A stretch of 64,000 bases of DNA from the human T2T-CHM13v2.0 reference genome, Homo sapiens, in NCBI GenBank assembly GCA_009914755.4, contig CP068257.2:1696001-1760000 (forward strand), read 5' to 3'. Shown piece after piece: positions 13,001-28,525 of this stretch (its first letter is position 1; every line of letters begins with the position of its first letter). The notes under the pieces were generated by a model. It was not told where the DNA came from. It searched no databases and worked only from the letters and a program-made list of their open reading frames with translations. Made by a program: the position numbers and the translations under genes.

Positions 13001-16000
13001 TATACTGTACATAAAATATGAAATTACATCAAATATATATTAGGTACATAAAATATGAAAGTACATCAAATATAGATTATATACTGTACATAAAATATCA
13101 AAGTACCCCAAATATATATTATATACTCTACAGGAAATATCAAAGTTCACACACTATATATTATATACTGTACATAAAATATCAAAGTACCCAAGGTATA
13201 TATTCTATACTGTACAAAAAATATCAAAGTACCCAAAGCATGTATTATATACTGTATATAAAATATGAAAGTACATCAAATATATATTTTATTCTGTACA
13301 TAATATATCAAAGTACACCAGATATATATTCTATAGTGTACATAAAATAACAAAGTACACAAACTATACATTATATACTGTACATAAAATATGAAATTAC
13401 ATCAAATATATATTAGGTTCATAAAATATGAAAGTACATCAAATATAGATTATATACTGTACATAAAATATCAATGTACCCCAAATATATATTTTATACT
13501 TTACATGAAATATCAAAGTTCACAAACCATATATTGTATACTGTACATAAAATACCAAAGTACCCAAGGTATATGTTCTATACTGTACAAAAAATATCAA
13601 AGTACCCAAAGCATGTATTATATACTGTACATAAAATATGAATGTACATCAAATATATATTTTATTCTGTACATAAAATATCAAAGTACACCAGATATAT
13701 ATTCTATAGTGTACATAAAATATCAAAGTACCCAAACTATACATTATATACTGTACATAAAATATGAAATTACATCAAATATATATTATATTAGGTACAT
13801 AAAATATGAAAGTACATCAAATATAGATTATATACTGTACATAAAATATCAAAGTACCCCAAATATATATTATATACTCTACATGAAATATCAAAGTTCA
13901 CAAACTATATATTATATACTGTACATAAAATATCAAAGTACCCAAGGTATATATTCTATACTATACAAAAAATATCAAAGTACCCAAAGTATGTATTATA
14001 TACTGTACCTAAAATATGAAAGTACATCAAATATATATTTTATTCTGTACATAAAATATCAAAGTACACCAGATATATATTCTATAGTGTACATAAAATA
14101 TCAAAGTACCCAAACTATACATTATATACTGTACATAAAATATGAAATTACATCAAATATATATTATATTAGGTACATAAAATATGAAAGTACATCAAAT
14201 ATAGATTATATACTGTACATTAAATACCAAAGTACCCCAAATATATATTTTATACTCTACATGAAATATCAAAGTTCACAAACTATATATTATATACTGT
14301 ACATAAAATATCAAAGTACCCAAGGTATATATTCTATACTGTACAAAAAATATCAAAGTACCCAAAGCATGTATTATATACTGTACATAAAATATGAAAG
14401 TACATCAAATATATATTTTATTCTGTACATAAAATATCAAAGTACACCAGATATATATTCTATAGTGTACATAAAATATCAAAGTACCCAAACTATACAT
14501 TATATACTGTACATAAAATATGAAATTACATCAAATATATATTATATTAGGTACATAAAATATGAAAGTACATCAAATATAGATTATACACTGTACATAA
14601 AATATCAAAGTACCCCAAATATATATTATATACTGTACATGAAATATCAAAGTTCACAAACTATATATTATATACTGTACATAAAATAAAGTCCCCAAGG
14701 TATATATTCTATACTGTAGAAAAAATATCAAAGTACCCAAAGCATGTATTATATACTGTATATAAAATATGAAAGTACATCAAATATATATTTTATTCTG
14801 TACATAATATATCAAAGTACACCAGATATATATTCTATAGTGTACATGAAATAACAAAGTACAAAAACTATAAATTATATACTGTACATAAAATATGAAA
14901 TTACATCAAATATATATTAGGTACATAAAATATGAAAGTACATCAAATATAGATTATATACTGTACATAAAATTTCAATGTACCCCAAATATATATTTTA
15001 TACTCTACATGAAATATCAAAGTTCACAAACCATGTATTATATACTGTACATAAAATATCAAAGTACCCAAGGTATATATTCTATACTATACAAAAAATA
15101 TCAAAGTACCCAAAGCATGTATTATATACTGTACCTAAAATATGAAAGTACATCAAATATATATTTTATTCTGTACATAAAATATGAAAGTACACCAGAT
15201 ATATATTCTATAGTGTACATAAAATATCAAAGTACCCAAACTATACATTATATACTGTACATCAAATATGAAATTACATCAAATATATATTATATTAGGT
15301 ACATAAAATATGAAAGTACATCAAATATAGATTATACACTGTACATAAAATATCAAAGTACCCAAAATATATATTATATACTCTACATGAAATATCAAAG
15401 TTCACAAACTATATATTATATACTGTACATAAAATAATGTCCCCAAGGTATATATTCTATACTGTAGAAAAAATATCAAAGTACCCAAAGCATGTATTAT
15501 ATACTGTATATAAAATATGAAAGTACATCAAATTTATATTTTATTCTGTACATAATATATCAAAGTACACCAGATATATATTCTATAGTGTACATAAAAT
15601 AACAAAGTACAAAAACTATAAATTATATACTGTACATAAAATATGAAATTACATCAAATATATATTAGGTACATAAAATATGAAAGTACATCAAATATAG
15701 ATTATATACTGTACATAAAATTTCAATGTACCCCAAATATATATTTTATACTCTACATGAAATATCAAAGTTCACAAACCATATATTATATACTGTACAT
15801 AAAATATCAAAGTACCCAAGGTATATATTCTATACTATACAAAAAATATCAAAGTACCCAAAGCATGTATTATATACTGTACATAAAATATGAAAGTACA
15901 TCAAATATATATTTTATTCTGTACATAAAATATCAAAGTACACCAGATATATATTCTATAGTGTACATAAAATATCAAAGTACCCAAACTATACATTATA

Positions 16001-16140
16001 TACTGTACATAAAATATGAAATTACATCAAATATATATTATATTAGGTACATAAAATATGAAAGTACATCAAATATAGATTATATACTGTACATAAAATA
16101 TCAAAGTACCCCAAATATATATTATATACTCTACATGAAA

Positions 16141-19100
16141 TATCAAAGTTCACAAACTATATATTATATACTGTACATAAAATATCAAAGTACCCAAGGT
16201 ATATATTCTATACTATACAAAAAATATCAAAGTACCCAAAGTATGTATTATATACTGTACCTAAAATATGAAAGTACATCAAATATATATTTTATTCTGT
16301 ACATAAAATATCAAAGTACACCAGATATATATTCTATAGTGTACATAAAATATCAAAGTACCCAAACTATACATTATATACTGTACATAAAATATGAAAT
16401 TACATCAAATATATATTATATTAGGTACATAAAATATGAAAGTACATCAAATATAGATTATATACTGTACATTAAATACCAAAGTACCCCAAATATATAT
16501 TTTATACTCTACATGAAATATCAAAGTTCACAAACTATATATTATATACTGTACATAAAATATCAAAGTACCCAAGGTATATATTCTATACTGTACAAAA
16601 AATATCAAAGTACCCAAAGCATGTATTATATACTGTACATAAAATATGAAAGTACATCAAATATATATTTTATTCTGTACATAAAATATCAAAGTACACC
16701 AGATATATATTCTATAGTGTACATAAAATATCAAAGTACCCAAACTATACATTATATACTGTACATAAAATATGAAATTACATCAAATATATATTATATT
16801 AGGTACATAAAATATGAAAGTACATCAAATATAGATTATACACTGTACATAAAATATCAAAGTACCCCAAATATATATTATATACTCTACATGAAATATC
16901 AAAGTTCACAAACTATATATTATATACTGTACATAAAATAAAGTCCCCAAGGTATATATTCTATACTGTAGAAAAAATATCAAAGTACCCAAAGCATGTA
17001 TTATATACTGTATATAAAATATGAAAGTACATCAAATATATATTTTATTCTGTACATAATATATCAAAGTACACCAGATATATATTCTATAGTGTACATG
17101 AAATAACAAAGTACAAAAACTATAAATTATATACTGTACATAAAATATGAAATTACATCAAATATATATTAGGTACATAAAATATGAAAGTACATCAAAT
17201 ATAGATTATATACTGTACATAAAATTTCAATGTACCCCAAATATATATTTTATACTCTACATGAAATATCAAAGTTCACAAACCATGTATTATATACTGT
17301 ACATAAAATATCAAAGTACCCAAGGTATATATTCTATACTATACAAAAAATATCAAAGTACCCAAAGCATGTATTATATACTGTACCTAAAATATGAAAG
17401 TACATCAAATATATATTTTATTCTGTACATAAAATATGAAAGTACACCAGATATATATTCTATAGTGTACATAAAATATCAAAGTACCCAAACTATACAT
17501 TATATACTGTACATAAAATATGAAATTACATCAAATATATATTATATTAGGTACATAAAATATGAAAGTACATCAAATATAGATTATACACTGTACATAA
17601 AATATCAAAGTACCCAAAATATATATTATATACTCTACATGAAATATCAATGTTCACAAACTATATATTATATACTGTACATAAAATAATGTCCCCAAGG
17701 TATATATTCTATACTGTAGAAAAAATATCAAAGTACCCAAACATGTATTATATACTGTATATAAAATATGAAAGTACATCAAATATATATTTTATTCTGT
17801 ACATAATATATCAAAGTACACCAGATATATATTCTATAGTGTACATAAAATAACAAAGTACAAAAACTATAAATTATATACTGTACATAAAATATGAAAT
17901 TACATCAAATATATATTAGGTACATAAAATATGAAAGTACATCAAATATAGATTATATACTGTACATAAAATTTCAATGTACCCCAAATATATATTTTAT
18001 ACTCTACATGAAATATCAAAGTTCACAAACCATATATTATATACTGTACATAAAATATCAAAGTACCCAAGGTATATATTCTATACTATACAAAAAATAT
18101 CAAAGTACCCAAAGCATGTATTATATACTGTACCTAAAATATGAATGTACATCAAATATATATTTTATTCTGTACATAAAATATCAAAGTACACCAGATA
18201 TATATTCTATAGTGTACACAAAATATCAAAGTACCCAAACTATGCATTATATACTGTACATAAAATATGAAATTACATCAAATATATTTTATATTAGGTA
18301 CATAAAATATGAAAGTACATCAAATATAGATTATATACTGTACATTAAATACCAAAGTACCCCAAATATATATTTTATACTGTACATGAAATATCAAAGT
18401 TCACAAACTGTATATTATATACTGTACATATAATATCAAAGTACACAAGGTATATATTCTATACTGTACAAAAAATAACAAAGTACCAAAAGCATGTATA
18501 ATATACTGTACATAAAATATGAAAGTACATCAAATATATATTTTATTCTGTACATAAAATATCAAAGTACACCAGATATATATTCTATAGTGTACATAAA
18601 ATATCAAAGTACCCAAACTATACATTATATACTGTAAATAAAATATGAAATTACATCAAATATATTTTATATTAGGTACATAAAATATGAAAGTACATCA
18701 AATATAGATTATATACTGTACATAATATATCAAAGTAACCCAAATATATATTATATACTCTACATGAAATATCAAAGTTCACAAACAATATATTATATAC
18801 TGTACATAAAATATCAAAGTACCCAAGGTATATATTCTATACTGCACAAAAAAATCAAAGTACCCAAAGCATGTAGTATATACTGTATATAAAATATGAA
18901 AGTTCATCAAATATATATTTTATTCTCTACGTAATATATCAAAGTACACCAGATATATATTCTATAGTGTACATAAAATATCAAAGTACCCAAACTATAC
19001 ATTATATACTGTAAATAAAATATGAAATTACATCAAATATATATTAGGTACATAAAATATGAAAGTACATCAAATATAGATTATATACTGTACATAAAAT

Positions 19101-22100
19101 ATCAATGTACCCCAAATATATATTTTATACTTTACATGAAATATCAAAGTTCACAAACCATATATTGTATACTGTACATAAAATATCAAAGTACCCAAGG
19201 TATATGTTCTATACTGTACAAAAAATATCAAAGTACCCAAAGCATGTATTATATACTGTACATAAAATATGAAAGTACATCAAATATATATTTTATTCTG
19301 TACATAAAATATCAAAGTACACCAGATATATATTCTATAGTGTACATAAAATATCAAAGTACCCAAACTATACATTATATACTGTAAATAAAATATGAGA
19401 TTACATCAAATATATATTATATTAGGTACATAAAATATGAAAGTACATCAACTATAGATTATATACTGTACATTAAATACCAAAGTACCCCAAATATATA
19501 TTTTATACTGTACATGAAATATCAAAGTTCACAAACTATATATTATATACTGTACATAAAATATCAAAGTACCCAAGGTATATATTCTATACTGTACAAA
19601 AAATATCAAAGTACCCAAAGCATGTATTATATACTGTACCTAAAATATGAAAGTACATCAAATATATATTTTATTCTGTACATAAAATATCAAAGTACAC
19701 CAGATATATATTCTATAGTGTACATAAAATATGAAAGTACCCAAACTATACATTATATACTGTACATAAAATATGAAATTACATCAAATATATATTATAT
19801 TAGGTACATAAAATATGAAAGTACATCAAATATAGATTATACACTGTACATAAAATATCAAAGTACCCAAAATATATATTATATACTCTACATGAAATAT
19901 CAAAGTTCACAAACTATATATTATATACTGTACATAAAATAAAGTCCCCAAGATATATATTCTATACTGTAGAAAAAATATCAAAGTACCCAAAGCATGT
20001 ATTATATACTGTATATAAAATATGAAAGTACATCAAATATATATTTTATTCTGTACATAATATATCAAAGTACACCAGATATATATTCTATAGTGTACAT
20101 AAAATAAGAAAGTACAAAAACTATAAATTATATACTGTACAAAAATATGAAATTACATCAAATATATATTAGGTACATAAAATATGAAAGTACATCAAAT
20201 ATAGATTATATACTGTACATAAAATTTCAATGTACCCCGAATATATATTTTATACTCTACATGAAATATCAAAGTTCACAAACCATATATTATATACTGT
20301 ACATAAAATATCAAAGTACCCAAGGTATATATTCTATACTATACAAAAAATACCAAAGTACCCAAAGCATGTATTATATACTGTACCTAAAATATGAATG
20401 TACATCAAATATATATTTTATTCTGTACATAAAATATCAAAGTACACCAGATATATATTCTATAGTGTACACAAAATATCAAAGTACCCAAACTATACAT
20501 TATATACTGTACATAAAATATGAAATTACATCAAATATATTTTATATTAGGTACACAAAATATGAAAGTACATCAAATATAGATTATATACTGTACATTA
20601 AATACCAAAGTACCCCAAATATATATTTTATACTGTACATGAAATATCAAAGTTCACAAACTATATATTATATACTGTACATATAATATCAAAGTACCCA
20701 AGGTATATATTCTATACTGTACAAAAAATAACAAAGTACCAAAAGCATGTATAATATACTGTACATAAAATATGAAACTATATCAAATATATATTTTATT
20801 CTGTACATAAAATATCAAAGTACACCAGATATATATTCTATAGTGTACATAAAATATCAAAGTACCCAAACTATACATTATATACTGTAAATAAAATATG
20901 AAATTACATCAAATATATTTTATATTAGGTACATAAAATATGAAAGTACATCAAATATAGATTATATACTGTACATAATATATCAAAGTAACCCAAATAT
21001 ATATTATATACTCTACATGAAATATCAAAGTTCACAAACAATATATTATATACTGTACATAAAATATCAAAGTACCCAAGGTATATATTCTATACTGCAC
21101 AAAAAAATCAAAGTACCCAAAGCATGTATTATATACTGTATATAAAATATGAAAGTACATCAAATATATATTTTATTCTCTACATAATATATCAAAGTAC
21201 ACCAGATATATATTCTATAGTGTACATAAAATAACAAAGTACACAAACTATAAATTATATACTGTACATAAAATATGAAATTACATCAAATATATATTAG
21301 GTACATAAAATATGAAAGTACATCAAATATAGATTATATACTGTACATAAAATATCAATGTACCCCAAATATATATTTTATACTCTACATGAAATACCAA
21401 AGTTCAGAAACCATATATTATATACTGTACATAAAATATCAAAGTACCCAAGGTATATATTCTATACTGTACAAAAAATATCAAAGTACCCAAAGCATGT
21501 ATTATATACTGTACATAAAATATGAAAGTACATCAAATATATATTTTATTCTGTACATAAAATATCAAAGTACACCAGATATATATTCTATAGTGTACAT
21601 AAAATATCAAAGTACCCAAACTATACATTATATACTGTACATAAAATATGAAATTACATCAAATATATATTATATTAGGTACATAAAATATGAAAGTACA
21701 TCAAATATAGATTATATACTGTACATAAAATATCAAAGTACCCCAAATATATATTATATACTCTACATGAAATATCAAAGTTCACAAACTATATATTATA
21801 TACTGTACATAAAATATCAAAGTACCCAAGGTATATATTCTATAATGTACAAAAAATATCAAAGTACCCAAAGCGTGTATTATATACTGTATATAAAATA
21901 TGAAATTACATAAAATATATATTTTATTCTGTACATAAAATATCAAAGTACACCAGATATATATTCTATAGTGTACATAAAATATCAAAGTACCCAAACT
22001 CTACATTATATACTGTACATAAAATATGAAATTACATCAAATATATATTATATTAGGTACATAAAATATGAAAGTACATCAAATATAGATTATATACTGT

Positions 22101-25100
22101 ACATTAAATACCAAAGTACCCCAAATATATATTTTATACTGTACATGAAATATCAAAGTTCACAAACTATATATTATATACTGTACATAAAATATCAAAG
22201 TACCCAAGGTATATATTCTATACTGTACAAAAAATATCAAAGTACCCAAAGCATGTATTATATACTGTACCTAAAATATGAAAGTACATCAAATATATAT
22301 TTTATTCTATACATAAAATATCAAAGTACACCAGATATATATTCTATAGTGTACATAAAATATCAAAGTACCCAAACTATACATTATATACTGTACATAA
22401 AATATGAAATTACATCAAATATATATTATATTAGGTACATAAAATATGAAAGTACATCAAATATAGATTATACACTGTACATAAAATATCAAAGTACCCC
22501 AAATATATATTATATACTCTACATGAAATATCAAACTTCACAAACAATATATTATATACTGTACATAAAATAAAGTCCCCAAGGTATATATTCTATACTG
22601 TAGAAAAAATATCAAAGTACCCAAAGCATGTATTATATACTGTATATAAAATATGAAAGTACATCAAATATATATTTTATTCTGTACATAATATATCAAA
22701 GTACACCAGATATATATTCTATAGTGTACATAAAATAACAAAGTACAAAAACTATAAATTATATACTGTACATAAAATATGAAATTACATCAAATATATA
22801 TTAGGTACATAAAATATGAAAGTACATCAAATATAGATTATATACTGTACATAAAATTTCAATGTACCCCAAATATATATTTTATACTCTACATGAAATA
22901 TCAAAGTTCACAAACCATATATTATATACTGTACATATAATATCAAAGTACCCAAGGTATATATTCTATACTATACAAAAAATATCAAAGTACCCAAAGC
23001 ATGTATTATATACTGTACCTAAAATATGAAAGTACATCAAATATATATTTTATTCTGTACATAAAATATCAAAGTACACCAGATATATATTCTATAGTGT
23101 ACACAAAATATCAAAGTACCCAAACTATACATTATATACAGTACATAAAATATGAAATTACATCAAATATATTTTATATTAGGTACATAAAATATGAAAG
23201 TACATCAAATATAGATTATACACTGTACATTAAATACCAAAGTACCCCAAATATATATTTTATACTGTACATGAAATATCAAACTTCACAAATTATATAT
23301 TATATAGTGTACATATAATATCAAAGTACCCAAGGTATATATTCTATACTGTACAAAAAATATCAAATTACCCAAAGCTTGTATTATATACTGTACATAA
23401 AATATGAAAGTATATCAAATATATATTTTATTGTGTACATAAAATATCAAAGTACACCAGATATATATTCTATAGTGCACATAAAATAACAAAGTACACA
23501 AACTATACATTATATACTGTACATAAAATATGAAATTACATGAAATATATATTAGGTACATAAAATATGAAAGTACATCAAATATAGATTATATACTGTA
23601 CATAAAATTTCAATGTACCCCAAATATATATTTTATACTACACATGAAATATCAAAGTTCACAAACCATATATTGTATACTGTACATAAAATATCAAAGT
23701 ACCCAAGGTATATGTTCTATACTGTACAAAAAATATCAAAGTACCCAAAGCATGTATTATATACTGTACATAAAATATGAAAGTACATCAAATATATATT
23801 TTATTCCGTTCATAAAATATCAAAGTACACCAGATATATATTCTATAGTGTACATAAAATATCAAAGTACACAAACTATACATTATATACTGTACATAAA
23901 ATATGAAATTACATCAAATATATATTATATAAGGTACACAAAATATGAAAGTACATCAAATATAGATTATATACTGTACATTAAATACCAAAGAACCCCA
24001 AATATATATTATATACTCTACATGAAATATAAAAGTTCACAAACTATATATTATATACTGTACATAAAATATCAAAGTACCCAAGGTATATATTCTATAC
24101 TGTACAAAAAATATCAAAGTACCCAAAGCATGTATTATATACTGTATATAAAATATGAAAGTACATCAAATATATATTTTATTCTGTACATAAAATATCA
24201 AAGTACACCAGATATATATTCTATAGTGTACATAAAATAACAAAGTACAAAAACTATAAATTATATACTGTACATAAAATATGAAATTTCATCAAATATA
24301 TATTAGGTACATAAAATATGAAAGTACATCAAATATAGATTATATACTGTACAAAAAATATCAGTGTACCCCAAATATATATTTTATACTCGACATGAAA
24401 TATCAAAGTTCACAAACCATATAATATATACTGTACATAAAATATCAAAGTACCCAAGGTATATATTCTATACTGTACAAAAAATATCAAAGTACCCAAA
24501 GCATGTATTATATACTGTACATAAAATATGAAAGTACATCAAATCTATATTTTATTCTGTACATAAAATATCAAAGTACACCAGATATATATTCTATAGT
24601 GTACATAAAATATCAAAGTACCCAAACTATACATTATATACTGTACATAAAATATGAAATTACATCAAATATATATTATATTAGGTACATAAAATATGAA
24701 AGTACATCAAATATAGATTATATACTGTACATTAAATACCAAAGTAACCCAAATATATATTTTATACTCTACATGAAATATCAAAGTTCACAAACTATAC
24801 ATTATATACTGTACATAAAATATCAAAGTAACCAAGGTATATATTCTATACTGTACAAAAAATATCAAAGTACCCAAAGCATGTATTATATACTGTACCT
24901 AAAATATGAAAGTACATCAAATATATATTTTATTCTGTACATAAAATATCAAAGTACACCAGATATATATTCTATAGTGTACATAAAATATCAAAGTACC
25001 CAAACTATACATTATATACTGTACATAAAATATGAAATTACATCAAATATATATTAGGTACATAAAATATGAAAGTACATCAAATATAGATTATACACTG

Positions 25101-28100
25101 TACATAAAATATCAAAGTACCCCAAATATATATTATATACTCTACATGAAATATCAAAGTTCACAAACTATATATTATATACTGTACATAAAATAAAGTC
25201 CCCAAGGTATATATTCTATACTGTAGAAAAAATATCAAAGTACCCAAAGCATGTATTATATACTGTATATAAAATATGAAAGTACATCAAATATATATTT
25301 TATTCTGTACATAAAATATCAAAGTACACCAGATATATATTCTATAGTGTACATAAAATAACAAAGTACAAAAACTATAAATTATATACTGTACATAAAA
25401 TATGAAATTACATCAAATATATATTAGGTACATAAAATATGAAAGTACATGAAATATAGATTATATACTGTACATAAAATTTCAATGTACCCCAAATATA
25501 TATTTTATACTCTACATGAAATATCAAAGTTCACAAACCATATATTATATACTGTACATAAAATATCAAAGTACCCAAGGTATATATTCTATACTATACA
25601 AAAAATATCAAAGTACCCAAAGCATGTATTATATACTGTACCTAAAATATGAAAGTACATCAAATATATATTTTATTCTGTACATAAAATATCAAAGTAC
25701 ACCAGATATATATTCTACAGTGTACATAAAATATCAAAGTACCCAAACTATACATTATATACTGTAAATAAAATATGAAATTACATCAAATATATTTTAT
25801 ATTAGGTACATAAAATATGAAAGTACATCAAATATAGATTATATACTGTACATTAAATACCAAAGTACCCCAAATATATATTTTATACTGTACATGAAAT
25901 ATCAAAGTTCACAAACTATATATTATATACTGTACATAAATTATCAAAGTACCCAAGGTATATATTCTATACTGTACAAAAAATATCAAAGTACCCAAAG
26001 CATGTATTATATACTGTACATAAAATATGAAAGTACATCAAATATATATTTTATTCTGTACATAATATATCAAAGTACAGCAGATATATATTCTATAGTG
26101 TACATAAAATAACAAAGTACACAAACTATACATTATATACTGTACATAAAATATGAAATTACATCAAATATATATTAGGTACATAAAATATGAAAGTACA
26201 TCAAATATAGATTATATACTGTACATAAAATATCAATGTACCCCAAATATATATTTTATACTCTACATGAAATATCAAAGTTCACAAACCATATATTATA
26301 TACTGTACATAAAATATCAAAGTACCCAAGGTATATATTCTATACTATACAAAAAATATCAAAGTACCCAAAGCATGTATTATATACTGTACCTAAAATA
26401 TGAATGTACATCAAATATATATTTTATTCTGTACATAAAATATCAAAGTACACCAGATATATATTCTATAGTGTACACAAAATATCAAAGTACCCAAACT
26501 ATACATTATATACTGTACATAAAATATGAAATTACATCAAATATATTTTATATTAGGTACATAAAATATGAAAGTACATCAAATATAGATTATATACTGT
26601 ACATTAAATACCAAAGTACCCCAAATATATATTTTATACTGTACATGAAATATCAAAGTTCACAAACTATATATTATATACTGTACATATAATATCAAAG
26701 TACCCAAGGTATATATTCTATACTGTACAAAAAACAACAAAGTACCAAAAGCATGTATAATATACTGTACATAAAATATGAAAGTACATCAAATATATAT
26801 TTTATTCTGTACATAAAATATCAAAGTACACCAGATATATATTCTATAGTGTACATAAAATATCAAAGTACCCAAACTATACATTATATACTGTAAATAA
26901 AATATGAAATTACATCAAATATATTTTATATTAGGTACATAAAATATGAAAGTACATCAAATATAGATTATATACTGTACATAATATATCAAAGTAACCC
27001 AAATATATATTATATACTCTACATGAAATATCAAAGTTCACAAACAATATATTATATACTGTACATAAAATATCAAAGTACCCAAGGTATATATTCTATA
27101 CTGCACAAAAAAATCAAAGTACCCAAAGCATGTATTATATACTGTATATAAAATATGAAAGTACATCAAATATATATTTTATTCTCTACATAATATATCA
27201 AAGTACACCAGATATATATTCTATAGTGTACATAAAATAACAAAGTACACAAACTATAAATTATATACTGTACATAAAATATGAAATTACATCAAATATA
27301 TATTAGGTACATAAAATATGAAAGTACATCAAATATAGATTATATACTGTACATAAAATATCAATGTACCCCAAATATATATTTTATACTCTACATGAAA
27401 TATCAAAGTTCACAAACCATATATTGTATACTGTACATAAAATATCAAAGTACCCAAGGTATGTATTCTATACTGTACAAAAAATATCAAAGTACCCAAA
27501 GCATGTATTATATACTGTACATAAAATATGAAAGTACATCAAATATATATTTTATTCTGTACATATAATATCAAAGTACACCATATATATATTCTATAGT
27601 GTACATAAAATATCAAAGTACCCAAACTATACATTATATACTGTACATAAAATATGAAATTACATCAAATATATATTAGGTACATAAAATATGAAAGTAC
27701 ATCAAATATAGATTATATACTGTACATAAAATATCAAAGTACCCCAAATATATATTATATACTCTACAGGAAATATCAAAGTTCACACACTATATATTAT
27801 ATACTGTACATAAAATATCAAAGTACCCAAGGTATATATTCTATACTGTACAAAAAATATCAAAGTACCCAAAGCATGTATTATATACTGTATATAAAAT
27901 ATGAAAGTACATCAAATATATATTTTATTCTGTACATAATATATCAAAGTACACCAGATATATATTCTATAGTGTACATAAAATAACAAAGTACACAAAC
28001 TATACATTATATACTGTACATAAAATATGAAATTACATCAAATATATATTAGGTTCATAAAATATGAAAGTACATCAAATATAGATTATATACTGTACAT

Positions 28101-28525
28101 AAAATATCAATGTACCCCAAATATATATTTTATACTTTACATGAAATATCAAAGTTCACAAACCATATATTGTATACTGTACATAAAATACCAAAGTACC
28201 CAAGGTATATGTTCTATACTGTACAAAAAATATCAAAGTACCCAAAGCATGTATTATATACTGTACATAAAATATGAATGTACATCAAATATATATTTTA
28301 TTCTGTACATAAAATATCAAAGTACACCAGATATATATTCTATAGTGTACATAAAATATCAAAGTACCCAAACTATACATTATATACTGTACATAAAATA
28401 TGAAATTACATCAAATATATATTATATTAGGTACATAAAATATGAAAGTACATCAAATATAGATTATATACTGTACATAAAATATCAAAGTACCCCAAAT
28501 ATATATTATATACTCTACATGAAAT
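16141..28525. repeat. Super-repeat copy 2 (12,385 bp), equal to copy 1 minus two HOR-multiple deletions (1,504 bp and 2,251 bp)
   Basis: Offset to copy 1 is +16140 up to ~26250. It is +14636 for 26255..~30200 (12645->27281, 13018->27654, 13391->28027, 14895->29531). It is +12385 from ~30500 (17894->30279, 19022->31407, 20147->32532, 21275->33660, 23530->35915). Confidence 0.8.
26235..26270. other. Junction of a 1,504-bp (4-HOR) deletion in super-repeat copy 2, localised to a ~35-bp interval inside an HOR unit
   Basis: The 26221-26310 stretch carries 'aaaatatcaatg' as at 10081 (not 'aaaatttcaatg' as at 11581). It then carries 'ttttatactctacatg' and 'ccatatattatatact' as at 11581-11670 (not 'ctatacatg' / 'ccatatattgtat' as at 10081-10170). 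Pseudo-ORF 26153 is a chimera of 10013 (N-terminal ~27 aa, KYQCTPNIY) and 11517 (rest). Confidence 0.75.

Larger units (their letters stand above)
1..16140. repeat. Super-repeat copy 1 (~43 HOR units, 16,140 bp)
   Basis: Sequence at 1.. equals sequence at 16141.. nearly base for base; I saw one mismatch (at 5401 vs 21541) across the stretches compared. ORF landmarks all shift by exactly 16140: 1007->17147, 1754->17894, 2882->19022, 4007->20147, 5135->21275, 5642(-)->21782(-), 7390->23530, 8363->24503, 9309->25449, 10013->26153. Confidence 0.85.

Noticed and set aside
13391-14689. 432-aa ORF (and all other plus-strand ORFs in the supplied track, e.g. 15643..16941, 28027..29325, 33660..34958, 44565..45497) as protein-coding genes
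   Set aside because: The translations are exact 14-aa periodic read-throughs of the 42-bp satellite monomer (KYQSTQ.IYYILYI...), of extreme low complexity (Y/I/K from TAT/ATA/AAA). They begin and end precisely at indel-variant monomers and lie head-to-tail with no intergenic or promoter sequence. Identical 'proteins' recur dozens of times. The open frame follows from 42 being divisible by 3.
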